From the NCBI GenBank assembly GCA_965178125.1, contig CBCXTV010000001.1:186001-250000 (forward strand): a stretch of DNA of 64,000 nt, given 5' to 3'. The first letter of the stretch is position 1. Each line of letters opens with the position of its first letter. Below the pieces are notes generated by a model. It searched no databases and had not been told where the DNA came from. It saw nothing but the letters and a program-made list of their open reading frames with translations. The position numbers and the translations under genes are program-made. Positions 43,453 to 54,288 of this stretch are shown piece after piece. The DNA is from Bilabrum cf. latius (Eukaryota).

Positions 43453-43960
43453 ATCGCCTCCTCCAGTCGTGTTTCGCATTTTTTTCGCTGGCCGAAAATG
43501 TCTCCGAAGGCGCTGCCTCGAGGGGGGGTTCCGATGGCTGATTTTGGGCGTTCTGTTGTCGATTTCGCGTGCATTTCAGGTTGTCGGCGAGGCCTTTTTG
43601 GCGTATGTCGCAGTTCGGATGCCCTCGAACGTCGTGTCTCATGTGGTATTCGCCGGTTTCTATGTTGGAGAAGGCGGTCGGTCGATCATCCTCTCTGGCA
43701 GGCTCCGAAGTGCGTTTGTGATCGTGCTAATTGCAACGCCATGCTTTCCTTCGTTGGCTTCGAGAATCCTTCCCTCGGAAGCGGTAGTACCTCGCCCAGG
43801 GCGGCACGAGCTGCAGACTCAGCTGCCTCGGTGCTCATGTGTGTCCCGTGTCAGCAGTTTCGGTGTTACGAACAGCAAGGATTCTGGGCATTGCGTGTCG
43901 GAGGCAAGTGTTCTATCTTGAGGCATTCCGCGATTCGTCGAAGGATTATTTGCGCAAATA

Positions 43961-46246
43961 ATGTCGGCTCCGTTCAAGGGCGAAACGATGAGTTTGTCTG
44001 TTGCCGAGTCGCTGAAGTCCCGAGTCGCATCCTGCTCCTGGGATCCCGCGTGGGTTTCCGCGAGCTGCGTGCCGTGCGATGGCCTCCCCACAAGCCAGGA
44101 GTCAGAAGCGTCCACGACGGCGACCTCTGCTTTGTTAGGGGTGTCCGAGGCGTCCCCAACGTGCTCGTGTGGCCTCGGTGTCTCCAATTCGGTGGCTGCA
44201 GCGCGCGCGGCCGCTGTCCCGAGTTTTGGCTTTGACGATGCGGAGAACGACTTCGACGCCAGTCTCGACATGATTGAGGCCTCATGCGAGGTCGCATGCG
44301 AGGCAGAATGCGAGGGCGATCCGGGAGCCTGCTTGTTGTCCCACGGCAAGTCGAGCGGTCAGTGGCAGATCGGCGTAGTGGGTGAACGAGTCCTTTATGA
44401 GGGCCTCAGCGTTGAGGGCGACATTCCTGGCCGCGTTGCTGCCTCCGAAGCGCTCGCCGCGGGTGTCATCAATTTGGAACCCCCGTCAGAGGAAGTACTT
44501 TTGCCGGTGCAGCTTCTGCGGAGTAGTCAAGGTTACCGTGGGGTTCTGCCCATCGAGGATTCTGCGCCCGATGCGAGGGGGCGACCGCAGATGCTCATGC
44601 TCCCCGATGTCGTGCCCCGCGTGAAGAGGCGGCGTCTTCGGCAGAAGTGCGACCCTGCTGAGGGCGATGCAGCACCGAGTCTTGCGGCTCATCTCGGACC
44701 TCCGCCCGCGGCTCGTGCCGCGGCCGGAGCGTCTGGGCCGCAGCGCTCGACTGGAAAGCCTTCGACTCGTCCTATTGATAGTGTCATCTATCGTCTCCTG
44801 CGGGTTTTCCCTGACGATTTCAAGTTGGCGTTTCCGGCGTCGGTGTCACACCAGCGGAAGCGGTGCCTCATCAGGGAGGCGCTTCGCAATGTACCCGGTG
44901 ACCGCATGTGCATCTTGAAAGACTGGGCTGCGGGGGCGGAGGACACTCCTTGCCAGCTTCGTTTCGAGGAGCTCTTCCCGGAGCTTGCGCGGCAGCGGGA
45001 CGAAGTTGTGAGGAATCCGGGATCGCACTCAGTGCCCGTGGGCGAGATTGTGCCTGCGTCCGACAAGAACACGAGGCGGGGAAGGGCCGTGATGCTTACC
45101 TTTCACGGTCGCTGGGGTGTCGAAAAGGAGCCTGTGCGCGACATCATGTCGGCATCCGTGGCAAGGGGCGTCCTGAGGCGATTGGTTCTCGCGTCTCCGT
45201 TCTATGTGGAGCTTTGGGCCACCTTCAAGGCATGGGCGCAGGACATCGCGCGGCGGATGATGTGGCCTCAGCTGTCCATGAAAATGGAGCTCTCCCTGCA
45301 CCGCAAGCACGCCGCAAACTTGGTGCACTTCCACGTATGCATGACGGATTCCGAGAAGTCGCATCGTTGTCGCGTGGCGGAGGATTTCATGTGGGCCGGC
45401 AGCAGGCCGAATGTCGTCTACGGCTCCGGGCGGTCAGCGAAGGCGCAGGAACGTGGCGCGTCGGAGTTACACTATTATTGTCAAGCTCCCAAAGTCGGTG
45501 CGCTGCTTTGCGCCACGAACTACCGAGCCGGACGCGATTTCGTCGTCAATGGTAAGTTCGTGCACGCGTTGTTCGCACGCTTCAAAATGGATCCGGACGT
45601 CGCGAGAAGGGAACTCGTGGCGTATCGGTGTCGGGACGCCGAGAACTTAGTGCGCGCCATCGACTTCCACATACAGAATACCGCGGAGAGGAGAGAGGTG
45701 TGCGCGCAGGCCGCGGTGCACGTAGTGACGAAGCTCCGCCCCTTTAAGGTGGTGCCCGAAGTCGAGAAGTGGCGCGAGAGCTATCGTCAGGAGTGGTTCG
45801 CGCACATGCGCTTCAAGTTCCTTGTCTTGGTGGGGGACTCCCGGTTCGGGAAGACAGTGTACGCGCGGAATCTCTTCGGGAGCGAAAGGACTCTTGTTGT
45901 GAACTGTCAGGGCAGTGTGGAACCTCCGCTCCGTGGCTTCGATCGAAGTCGGCATGTGGCCATTGTGTTCGACGAGGCAAATGCCCTGTGGGTCGTCAAC
46001 AACAAACAGGTCTTTCAGGCTGGCCTTGACCCCTCCCTGCTCGGCCAGAGCAAGACGAACAGCCTCGCATACTCTGTGTGGCTCCACGGTATCGCCCTGA
46101 TCATCTGCACGAATTCGTGGGGCTCTGACGTGACGGAGTCGGCGGACCGCGATTGGCTTGACAACAACTGCACGAAAGTGGAGGTGAAAGATCGGCTCTA
46201 CTTCGACGAGGACTTGTTGTCTCTCACGGATGTGCAGAAGAGCTGA
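43961..46246 (+). CDS. rep: Rep HUH-SF3 helicase, copy 2
   Basis: Intact; 3 amino-acid differences, all outside the catalytic motifs. Confidence 0.9.
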   Translation: MSAPFKGETMSLSVAESLKSRVASCSWDPAWVSASCVPCDGLPTSQESEASTTATSALLGVSEASPTCSCGLGVSNSVAAARAAAVPSFGFDDAENDFDASLDMIEASCEVACEAECEGDPGACLLSHGKSSGQWQIGVVGERVLYEGLSVEGDIPGRVAASEALAAGVINLEPPSEEVLLPVQLLRSSQGYRGVLPIEDSAPDARGRPQMLMLPDVVPRVKRRRLRQKCDPAEGDAAPSLAAHLGPPPAARAAAGASGPQRSTGKPSTRPIDSVIYRLLRVFPDDFKLAFPASVSHQRKRCLIREALRNVPGDRMCILKDWAAGAEDTPCQLRFEELFPELARQRDEVVRNPGSHSVPVGEIVPASDKNTRRGRAVMLTFHGRWGVEKEPVRDIMSASVARGVLRRLVLASPFYVELWATFKAWAQDIARRMMWPQLSMKMELSLHRKHAANLVHFHVCMTDSEKSHRCRVAEDFMWAGSRPNVVYGSGRSAKAQERGASELHYYCQAPKVGALLCATNYRAGRDFVVNGKFVHALFARFKMDPDVARRELVAYRCRDAENLVRAIDFHIQNTAERREVCAQAAVHVVTKLRPFKVVPEVEKWRESYRQEWFAHMRFKFLVLVGDSRFGKTVYARNLFGSERTLVVNCQGSVEPPLRGFDRSRHVAIVFDEANALWVVNNKQVFQAGLDPSLLGQSKTNSLAYSVWLHGIALIICTNSWGSDVTESADRDWLDNNCTKVEVKDRLYFDEDLLSLTDVQKS

Positions 46247-46650
46247 CGCCGGCCGCTGAGGTTTTCAGTCCGGTTCACACGAGCGCCGGAGCCGCAGCGG
46301 CAGCCGCTTCGGTGCTCCTGAAGGTCTAATGTCCTCAATGCGTTTCGTGTGCAAAAAGGATGTGGTTTCTACATGGGGGCATTCCGCAAGTTTCATGTGG
46401 TCCGTCGCGTTCGTCCGGGGGAGTGCTTGCCTAGTATTGGGAGCTTGCCTGACACACACACACGTGGCACCCAGCCTGATGGGTTGCAAGTGTGTGTGTG
46501 TCTCCGCAGTGCCGCGGTTGGGACCCGGCGGGTCGTTTGCTTTTACGTCGCCGCGTCGCGCGCCGACGAGACATTTCTTGGTCTCAGAAGCCTCTGCTTC
46601 CGGTAGGCGCGCCGTGTACACTCGCGGGCCGAAGGTGGGTGCGTTGCTTG

Positions 46651-47343
46651 ATGGCCTACGTCGGTATCGCCGATGCACCGTATGTGCCCGTGGTTGCCGC
46701 GTCGACCTCCGAGCACGCCCCGGAGGGCGAGGTGGAGATGATGCTTGCGCCTCTTGCCGGAGATGTCGGTTTCAAGCGGCCTCGCGTGTTTCCTCCCGGT
46801 TCGCGACTTCTTCCTAAGTCGCCGGCCCATCCGGCGGTGCTCATAACAGCGCTCGGCAGTGAGGCACCCCAGGACACACAGTGCGTCGTTTGGTCGGACT
46901 CTAAGGCTTTCGACCTCGCGGAGTTTGTATGCTCTTCCTGCGGCTGCAATCGTGTCATGGCGGACCTGAATCATCGTATGCGTGATCGTCTCGTACGTCG
47001 CGTGCAGCGCACGCTTTATGCCGATGATTCTCCGTGCGGCAGGGGTGCGATTTCGTGTCGTGCTTGTCGCGAGAAGGCGCGCGACGCGGCGCCGAAGACG
47101 TCGATTATGAACGCGGCGAACAAGAAGAAGATCTCGGGAACTCTTCGCATGCAGTTGGATCTCATTGTAGAGACCGGGGAGCGGAAGGGTCAGCGTTGTA
47201 CTGCGGAGAAAATTCTGACATTGGGAACGATGAAGCAGCACAGGGTTTTCGAGAGGGACCTTTACGATGAGGCATGGCGCGGGCTTGTTCGTCTGTCTGG
47301 ACGCGAGGCTTGGAGCGATGACGACTCGTGGTCTCCGCGTTGA
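46651..47343 (+). CDS. CxxC protein, copy 2
   Basis: Duplicate of 19456-20148. Confidence 0.6.
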   Translation: MAYVGIADAPYVPVVAASTSEHAPEGEVEMMLAPLAGDVGFKRPRVFPPGSRLLPKSPAHPAVLITALGSEAPQDTQCVVWSDSKAFDLAEFVCSSCGCNRVMADLNHRMRDRLVRRVQRTLYADDSPCGRGAISCRACREKARDAAPKTSIMNAANKKKISGTLRMQLDLIVETGERKGQRCTAEKILTLGTMKQHRVFERDLYDEAWRGLVRLSGREAWSDDDSWSPR

Positions 47344-48177
47344 GCTTGCGTGACGGTTTTCCCTCTTAACCTGGCCTCTTGCGTGGCGCTGCTTCCGCGT
47401 GTGGCCTGAGCGTGCGACCTGAGCGTTCGGCCTGCTGTCGCGTGTGACCTGAGCGAACGGGCGCTCGACAGTATCCCGCGTTTGTTGCTTCTCGGGTTCA
47501 AGAAACTTGTACTTTTTGGGCTGTACGGTGGTCAGTGGTGCACGGTTCGTTCGCAGCCTCCGCGTTGTTGGAAAGCTATGGTGGAGCATGGTTCTTTTCG
47601 CAGCCTCCGCGTTGTGATCAAGCTACGGTGGAGCATGGTTCGTGAGCATGGTTCTTTTCGCAGCCTCCGCGTTGTTGACACGTGAAAGCTACGCGAACGT
47701 GACCACACAATAGGCCATACCCCAGGTGAAATCCGGACTCGGACATCCAGACGAAACGGCATCATGCACACTGTTGAACACACAAATGACACTGAGCTCC
47801 ACCGTAACGTAACTTTCCATCACCACCTGGTTTATTTTCTCCGCGATGGCAGCTTGGCGGTGACGCTGTGTCTTCGGGCATGAAGGGGCAAATCTTTGAT
47901 TTTTTGGGCCCTGTTTCGGTCACCGAAAAGTCGTGTGATTTCTGGCGCGCAGGAGGAGTGACGCAAGGTATTTCTGAACCGTTTTCCGGACGCTTTCCGG
48001 GCCTCCCATGTGACCGCTTTTTGCGTACCGAAACACGTTCCGCGCGTGAGGAGCAGATGCGGATCTCCGCGGGGTCCTAGTTGTGTCCTTTTTCGGGGGA
48101 CGAAATCGGGCGCACTTGTCGTGCCGATTCGTGGTCGTCTCTGAGACCGGCTGCGAGTCGGGAAAGGTGCCCGGGAG

Positions 48178-49470
48178 ATGCTCGTGTCCTTGGCTTCGTA
48201 TTTCTCCGCGTATTCTTCAAACGCGGGCGCACGTCTCCTACCGATTCGTGGTCGGTTTCCGAGGCCGATCGCGAGTCGGGAAATGCGCCCGCGATGCGCT
48301 CTCGATCTCGGAAAGGGCGGGAGTCCGTTCTTGCATTCGGAATGGGCGGGGAGTTGCTTTTCCTGGGAGCATGTGCGAGATTCCTTCTCCGCGGGTCCTC
48401 TTTCGGCTTCGGCAGTCAGCAGCGCACTCTGCGGGAACGGCATTCTCCGAGTCTCTTTGCCGATGATGTCTGAGGAGAAACCGTCCGAGAGCATTGCTGT
48501 TTCCTTGGGAGACGGCCGCAATCTTCGTGCGCGTCGAGGCGCCGGTGATATGGGAAACGAGGGCGGCATGTTGGCGCGCGAGGTCGACGCGCCGGCGGAG
48601 CACGCCGGCGCGGCGGCAAGCGTCGATGATTCGGGCGGCCCCCACATCGAGAGCGGCGGCGCGGAGGCGGCGTCCACGGGGATGCTCGGAGAGGAGAGCG
48701 GCAAGGCAGCGCCGAAGGAGGACGCCGAAGACGACGGCGGCAAGAAGACGGAGGAGGAGGATGCTCGCGGCGGTGGACGTGCTGTGGTGCCCGGAGGTAA
48801 TGACGACGTATGGACCAACGCAGCAGCTTGGAAGGCGGGTGGCGGCGTGGCAGCCGGGGCGGTCTCTGGCGCTGATAGCTGGGATCTATGGGGGACCCCT
48901 GCGAAGTCGTCATGGGGGGAGACGTACGTGCTGCGGCAGGTCGCGTCGGAGCCGGCGGAGGAGGCGACATGGACTTGCAACGCGTGCCAGTGCTGCAAGC
49001 CCCGGTCGGCGTACTTTAAGAAGTGGAAGGACTGGATCCAACCAGTTTGCCGGGTGTGTTGCGACAAGTTCGACAACGCGACGCCGTGGTGGGTGTGGTG
49101 CAAGAGCTGCAAAAACGAGTATCCGGCGTACCGATTTCCCCAGATCCGCCGGAAGAAGGAGAACTTGCGCTATTTCTTCCCTGAGGACTGGTGCGCGAAG
49201 TGCCTGGTTGCGCGTGGCTGGAGTCTCCATGATGTCCGTTCCTCTGCGGGTGAAGCGAAGCGTTGGGTGCCAAAAGCTGGCGCGAATACCGGTGACGGCG
49301 ACAACGACGCTCGTGCTCCCGCACGCGACGAGCTTCCTGCAGGAGGCGCCGCCTCCTGCAGCAACGCCGTGCGTCAGAGTTCTTCGCGTGACGAGGCCTT
49401 GGATGACATCAAGCGGGCCATGGAGCTTCTCCAGAATGCGGAAAGGTTCCTCCTCACGATGCCAGCGTGA
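48178..49470 (+). CDS. ORF430 zinc-finger protein, copy 2
   Basis: Intact; 2 amino-acid differences. Confidence 0.7.
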   Translation: MLVSLASYFSAYSSNAGARLLPIRGRFPRPIASREMRPRCALDLGKGGSPFLHSEWAGSCFSWEHVRDSFSAGPLSASAVSSALCGNGILRVSLPMMSEEKPSESIAVSLGDGRNLRARRGAGDMGNEGGMLAREVDAPAEHAGAAASVDDSGGPHIESGGAEAASTGMLGEESGKAAPKEDAEDDGGKKTEEEDARGGGRAVVPGGNDDVWTNAAAWKAGGGVAAGAVSGADSWDLWGTPAKSSWGETYVLRQVASEPAEEATWTCNACQCCKPRSAYFKKWKDWIQPVCRVCCDKFDNATPWWVWCKSCKNEYPAYRFPQIRRKKENLRYFFPEDWCAKCLVARGWSLHDVRSSAGEAKRWVPKAGANTGDGDNDARAPARDELPAGGAASCSNAVRQSSSRDEALDDIKRAMELLQNAERFLLTMPA

Positions 49471-50547
49471 CGCGGGAGCTTCCCGAATGGGTCCGTCGTA
49501 CTGTGAGGGCGCTCCGGAAGGAAGAGCGCGAGTGAGTCATCCTTGCGCCGAGGTGAGCGCGACGTCGGAGGAGCACGGTCGTTTGATTGGGAACGATATG
49601 GTCGGCAGAGTGTGAAAATCCGAGTTTCTCGTGCAGGATTGGGCAGCTCTCTAGATATCTTGCCTGGGAAGGGTGTGATGTGGTGGGAGCGCTTCCGCCT
49701 CACGTGGCAGACGTCCACACTTCCTGGTTCCCCGGCAGGCTGTTTGGCGAGACGGAGTGGCAAAGCATCCGCCTGCTGATTCCTACTTTGTTACCTCGAT
49801 TGTGAGCTCGGAGCTTGGGGCGGAGGATTCTGCGGGCAGCTCATGTGTGCCTAGAGTGTCATCCCGCGACCCTCTGACTTCTGTTCGTGGCTTTACCTCT
49901 TCGCGCAGGAAGATTCCTCATGAGGCAAGCCCGGTCCGAACTCGCGTGGGATGCCGTGCGCTGGTGCGGCTTCCACTCATCCCCGGGGTGGGGAGCGCTG
50001 GGTAAAGGATCGTCTGTCCCTGCAAGTTTCGATTCGGCGAGGTGCGGCAGCATGACGCGGACCGAGGTGAAGTCCTTTGTCCGCGATAGGTCGCCGCGTC
50101 GCGCGGTGGCGACCCCACAGCGCCCCAATCCCATTCCGGAGAGGGGGTGTGATGCAGTGGGAGCCCTTCCGCCTCACGTGACAGACGTTCACACTTCCTG
50201 GTTCCCATAAGGTCTTCAGCACAGCGCATGCGAGGCAGGCTGTTCGGCGAGACGTAGTGGCATCGCCCCCGCCTGCTCATTCCTACTTTGTTACCTCGAT
50301 TGTCAGCTTGGGGCTCGGGGCGGCGGATTCAGCGGGCAGCTCATGTATGCTGGAGTGTCATCCCGCGACCTCTGACTTCTGTCCGTGGCTTTACCTCTTC
50401 GCGCAGGAAGATTCCTCATGAGGCAAGCCCGGTGCGAACTCCTGTGGGATGCCGTGCGCTGGTTCGGATTCCACTCATGCCCGATGTGGGGAGCGCTAGG
50501 GTAAAGGATCGTCTGTCCCTGCAAGTTTCGATTCGGCTCGAGTCAAT

Positions 50548-51093
50548 GTGAGGAAGGAGAGGTGCGGCAGCATGACGCGGAACGAGGTGACGTCCTTTGT
50601 CCGCGATAGGTCGCCGCGTCGCGCGGTGGCGACCCCGCAGCGCCCAAACCCCGCCCCGCCTAGTCCTCACTCGACAGCGGTGTCGAACCTGCAGCAGCGC
50701 TTCGAGAACATGCAGCAGCGTGCGGAAAGCTTGAGCGCTCAGCTGGAGTACGCCCAAAGTGTGATCAGGCTGCTCTCAGGCCTGTTGCGCGATGAGGCTC
50801 CTCGGTTCTATGCAGACTTTGATCCCGTGATTCGGCGTGCGATGTCTGGCGCAAGCGGCTCCGTTGCGGGTAGGTCTTTCCGTCTTGTGGACGGAGGCGT
50901 CATCCACGGACCTGACACAGCAGTCGCTGCTCCTCCGCGTCGTCTCATCGTTGAGGTGCGTACGGACTGGGAGATGACCGAGACTGCCTCAACTGTGCTG
51001 GATTCCTCAGGATCAGACGACATGGGTTCCGAGGACTCGCCGCCGCCGACCGTCGTCCTCCCCAGCGGCGCGGCGGGCGCCGGCGGTGCCTAG
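50548..51093 (+). CDS. Coiled-coil protein, copy 2
   Basis: Duplicate of 23353-23898. Confidence 0.5.
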   Translation: MRKERCGSMTRNEVTSFVRDRSPRRAVATPQRPNPAPPSPHSTAVSNLQQRFENMQQRAESLSAQLEYAQSVIRLLSGLLRDEAPRFYADFDPVIRRAMSGASGSVAGRSFRLVDGGVIHGPDTAVAAPPRRLIVEVRTDWEMTETASTVLDSSGSDDMGSEDSPPPTVVLPSGAAGAGGA

Positions 51094-51631
51094 TCCTCGG
51101 CAGCTCCTGCATCGGAGCCTCCTGTCGAGATTCGATCGCGCAACGTCGTTCCTTACATTGCTTGCCGTCGCATGTGCCGGGCGGTGGTGGGTGTGCGTGT
51201 TCGCCGAAAGTTCCCGGCCTCGTCTTCCTCAGGAGAGCTCCTCGACCCGAAATTGGCAGCTCAGCGCTGCCGTGGCCGATACAGTACCCGTGCATGGCCA
51301 GTTGGCAGCTACGCGCTGCCGTTGCCAATGTCGTCCGCACGAGAGCAGAGTGGCAGCTCAGCGCAGGCGAGAAACCGCGCTCGCAATGCTGCGAGGTGTA
51401 TTCAATGCTGTGCACGTGTCTATCCCTCTCCCTGGTTTTGTCTCGCTTGCGCCAGTGTGACCGCAGCAGAGCGGGTGCTTCCCGTGCGTCTTCAGCTTTG
51501 AGCACTCCTCCAGCGACAGGAAGGCATTCGCTTGCTCTCGCTCCCCGCCTGCGTCCTATCCCTCCCGGGTATCTTCAGAGGCCACAGGCAGTGCGAAGCT
51601 TGGCAGCGGGTCCGTCCGCGTCGTTTCGGCT

Positions 51632-53269
51632 GTGAGCGATCTTCTGCCCGGTTCCTCACGCGTCATAATGTCCTCTGCTTCGGTGCCGGATCAGCTCGCA
51701 CGGATCAGTAAGGAGCTGAAGTGTCTCAGAGACGCGAGACAACGGGCGCGCAATGGGCTGCGCCATCCGTGGTTGCGCGCCATGGAGGCACAGGTCGCTG
51801 AGGTTATTCGTCATCACCCCGGCGGTGGCGAGGCAGCTCTTCGAACCTATGTCTCTCGTCAGTTGCAGAGTCGACAGGTTTCCACGCGGACGGCTTCGCA
51901 GGAGGAGTTTCAAAGGCAGGTCGATGAGGAGGTCGCGCTCACCATGAGGCGCCCAGCTGAGGCGTGGCAGCGAAATCCTCTTCGCTCATGTCATCGAGAG
52001 TCCGTGGCACGCGCAGAGACCTTTCTCGCCGAGGCTTCTGTCGTTGCTTGGATCGACCATGTGAACGAGCAGCGTGGGTGTGCTCCAACTGGGAACATGG
52101 TTTTCGCCATGCTTGCGAGGATGGGCGTTCGCGCGGGGAAGGACTCGGCTCGACGGCAGTGGCTCCTGCGCTTCCGTCGTCGTTGGCGGCTTCGGCATGG
52201 CCGATTGAAGAAGCAGCCCCCGGTAACACTCGATTACGTCAGACTCGCGTGTCGTGTCTTCTATCAGTGGATTGAATTCGCAGAAGCGCGAGTGCCCCCC
52301 AACCGCCGCCTCGTCTTTGTGAATTTCGATGAGTCCAGCGTGCCCTTTGCCTTTCCGGGAATGCGCGGGTACATCGCACCGAGGTCAGGAACGGAGCCCG
52401 CTTCGCTTGGTTCGCGCACGGAGCGCCTCGCCTCGAATAGCAATCGAGGATCGTACACCTTTCTGGGTTTTATTAGCGACTGCCCGGAAATCCAGCGACG
52501 ACTCCCGCGTATACTCATCGGGAAGCACACGCGGCTGAGCAAGCGCTTGATGCGTGGGGCGCCGAACCAAATGGTGGACGGAATGGAAGTCTGGGCCCGA
52601 GAGAGCTCGTGGGTGACGCAGTCCCTCATGTTCGACATTCTGCGTCGGCTTTTCGCTTCTTGGATGGACATTCAGCATGAGATCTATCCAATAGTGATAC
52701 TTGACTGCGCGCCCCAACACATTTCCACTGAGATTGTGAACTTCGCACACGGCCTTGGCATGGATCTCGTGTTTATTCCTGGTCGACTCACCTTCCTGCT
52801 TCAGCCGTTGGACGTTCTCGTCTTTCAGCTTCTTAAGCGCGACCTTCGGGAGACGTGGATGCAGGAGCGCTCGCGTCATGAAGCGGGTCATGTCGATGTC
52901 TCTTGCCATCTCAGGGTTGTCGCTGAGTGCACGAAGAGAGTGCTCTCGTCTGGCTCGTGGCAAGGCGCTTTCGATATGACAGGCATTACCAGCGGCAGGC
53001 GCCGCTTGCATTCGACCCTACGGCGCTTGTTTGAGTGTGACATGGAGGACATCTCCAGCGATGCTCCGTCTGTCGACCAGCTCCGCTTCATCAGCAGTCC
53101 GCAGCAGCCTCTCCCGCACGATGCGCTCATCAACAGGGCCCCAGTCGCGTCCGGACACGCGGTCGACGGAGGCGTCCACGGTGGTAACGCTCGCCGCGTG
53201 CCTCGTGGCCGCAGACTAAACGGATGGACCCCCCGCGATCGCGCTCACCCCTCGGCGGCCATGCCGTGA
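51632..53269 (+). CDS. pogo DD35D transposase, copy 2
   Basis: Same translation as copy 1. Confidence 0.92.
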   Translation: MSDLLPGSSRVIMSSASVPDQLARISKELKCLRDARQRARNGLRHPWLRAMEAQVAEVIRHHPGGGEAALRTYVSRQLQSRQVSTRTASQEEFQRQVDEEVALTMRRPAEAWQRNPLRSCHRESVARAETFLAEASVVAWIDHVNEQRGCAPTGNMVFAMLARMGVRAGKDSARRQWLLRFRRRWRLRHGRLKKQPPVTLDYVRLACRVFYQWIEFAEARVPPNRRLVFVNFDESSVPFAFPGMRGYIAPRSGTEPASLGSRTERLASNSNRGSYTFLGFISDCPEIQRRLPRILIGKHTRLSKRLMRGAPNQMVDGMEVWARESSWVTQSLMFDILRRLFASWMDIQHEIYPIVILDCAPQHISTEIVNFAHGLGMDLVFIPGRLTFLLQPLDVLVFQLLKRDLRETWMQERSRHEAGHVDVSCHLRVVAECTKRVLSSGSWQGAFDMTGITSGRRRLHSTLRRLFECDMEDISSDAPSVDQLRFISSPQQPLPHDALINRAPVASGHAVDGGVHGGNARRVPRGRRLNGWTPRDRAHPSAAMP

Positions 53270-54288
53270 CCTCGACCACGACCATGTCAGGGGCGAACGC
53301 GACTTCGTCAACCTCGAGCACGACCATCCCAGCGGCGAACGCGGCTTCCTCGATGGGATCCCTGACCCCGACGAAGCTTCCCCGACCTCGGCCACGTGAA
53401 CCTGCAGGCGCATTCTTGCCCGATGTGCCCGCGCAGGTGGCGGCCTGCACGGCGTGGGCGCCACCGTTTCGTCGACCAGACAGCTCAGCCACTCCGGCGA
53501 CGCGCGAGGCGGCAACGTCCACGTGCATCAATCCGTGGACCGCTCTCTCCTGGTATCCGACACCACCGCAGCCGACGGACCCCCCTTCCGACAGGCCTCG
53601 CGAGGTACCGAACCGGAGCTCCCGGCAGCAGCGCAGGCGTCATGCTTGGGGCGGCACGTGGGTGTTCGACGACGCCATTACGCTCAGCGATTGCGGGTCG
53701 AGGGTGCAGATCGACGCGCCGCAGTCGAAGCTCTTGGCGATGGTCCTGCCCCGGAAGTCGGGCCAGTGGATTCCTCGTAGGCTGCGCTCGCGTACGATCT
53801 GGTATTTGGCTGGGGAGCAGTCGGCCGTGATCACCAACCTCAAGTGCCAGGCCTGCAGTCGGGTCAAGCACGCGGACAGCTTCAACCCGAAGAGCTTGCG
53901 TCGGGCTCAGTACTCGTTGCTGCATTCCCTGTGGCCCGGCTACATACGACGTACCGAGCGGTCTATTTGGTGCACGCAGTGTGCGGTGGAGGACCAGTTG
54001 ATGCAGGGCAACTTTCCGGACGGCTACTGTTTCCGGATCCGCGCCACACTCGAAATTTGCCATCAAGATCGCGTCGCGGCCAAGCTGTTTGCAGTGCACG
54101 ACAGTAACGCTCTCTTCGAGCAGATCCCGCTGAGCTCCCGTGCGGCCATGGACGTGGCGGAGCAGTTGCGCCGATACTGGCAGGATGCCGTGTCCTCAGA
54201 CGGCCAGAGCAACATCTTCCACAGCGACCACGTTTCGACAGACGACGACTCTGAGTTCGCACCGGGCGGACCGGAGAGCGTGCCGTGA
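53224..54288 (+). CDS. ORF354, copy 2
   Basis: Duplicate of 26029-27093. Confidence 0.65.
   Translation: MDPPRSRSPLGGHAVTSTTTMSGANATSSTSSTTIPAANAASSMGSLTPTKLPRPRPREPAGAFLPDVPAQVAACTAWAPPFRRPDSSATPATREAATSTCINPWTALSWYPTPPQPTDPPSDRPREVPNRSSRQQRRRHAWGGTWVFDDAITLSDCGSRVQIDAPQSKLLAMVLPRKSGQWIPRRLRSRTIWYLAGEQSAVITNLKCQACSRVKHADSFNPKSLRRAQYSLLHSLWPGYIRRTERSIWCTQCAVEDQLMQGNFPDGYCFRIRATLEICHQDRVAAKLFAVHDSNALFEQIPLSSRAAMDVAEQLRRYWQDAVSSDGQSNIFHSDHVSTDDDSEFAPGGPESVP

Larger units (their letters stand above)
35894..54288 (+). mobile_element. Putative composite Rep/pogo element gene cassette, copy 2
   Basis: Duplicate of 8700-27093; all major ORFs remain open. Confidence 0.65.
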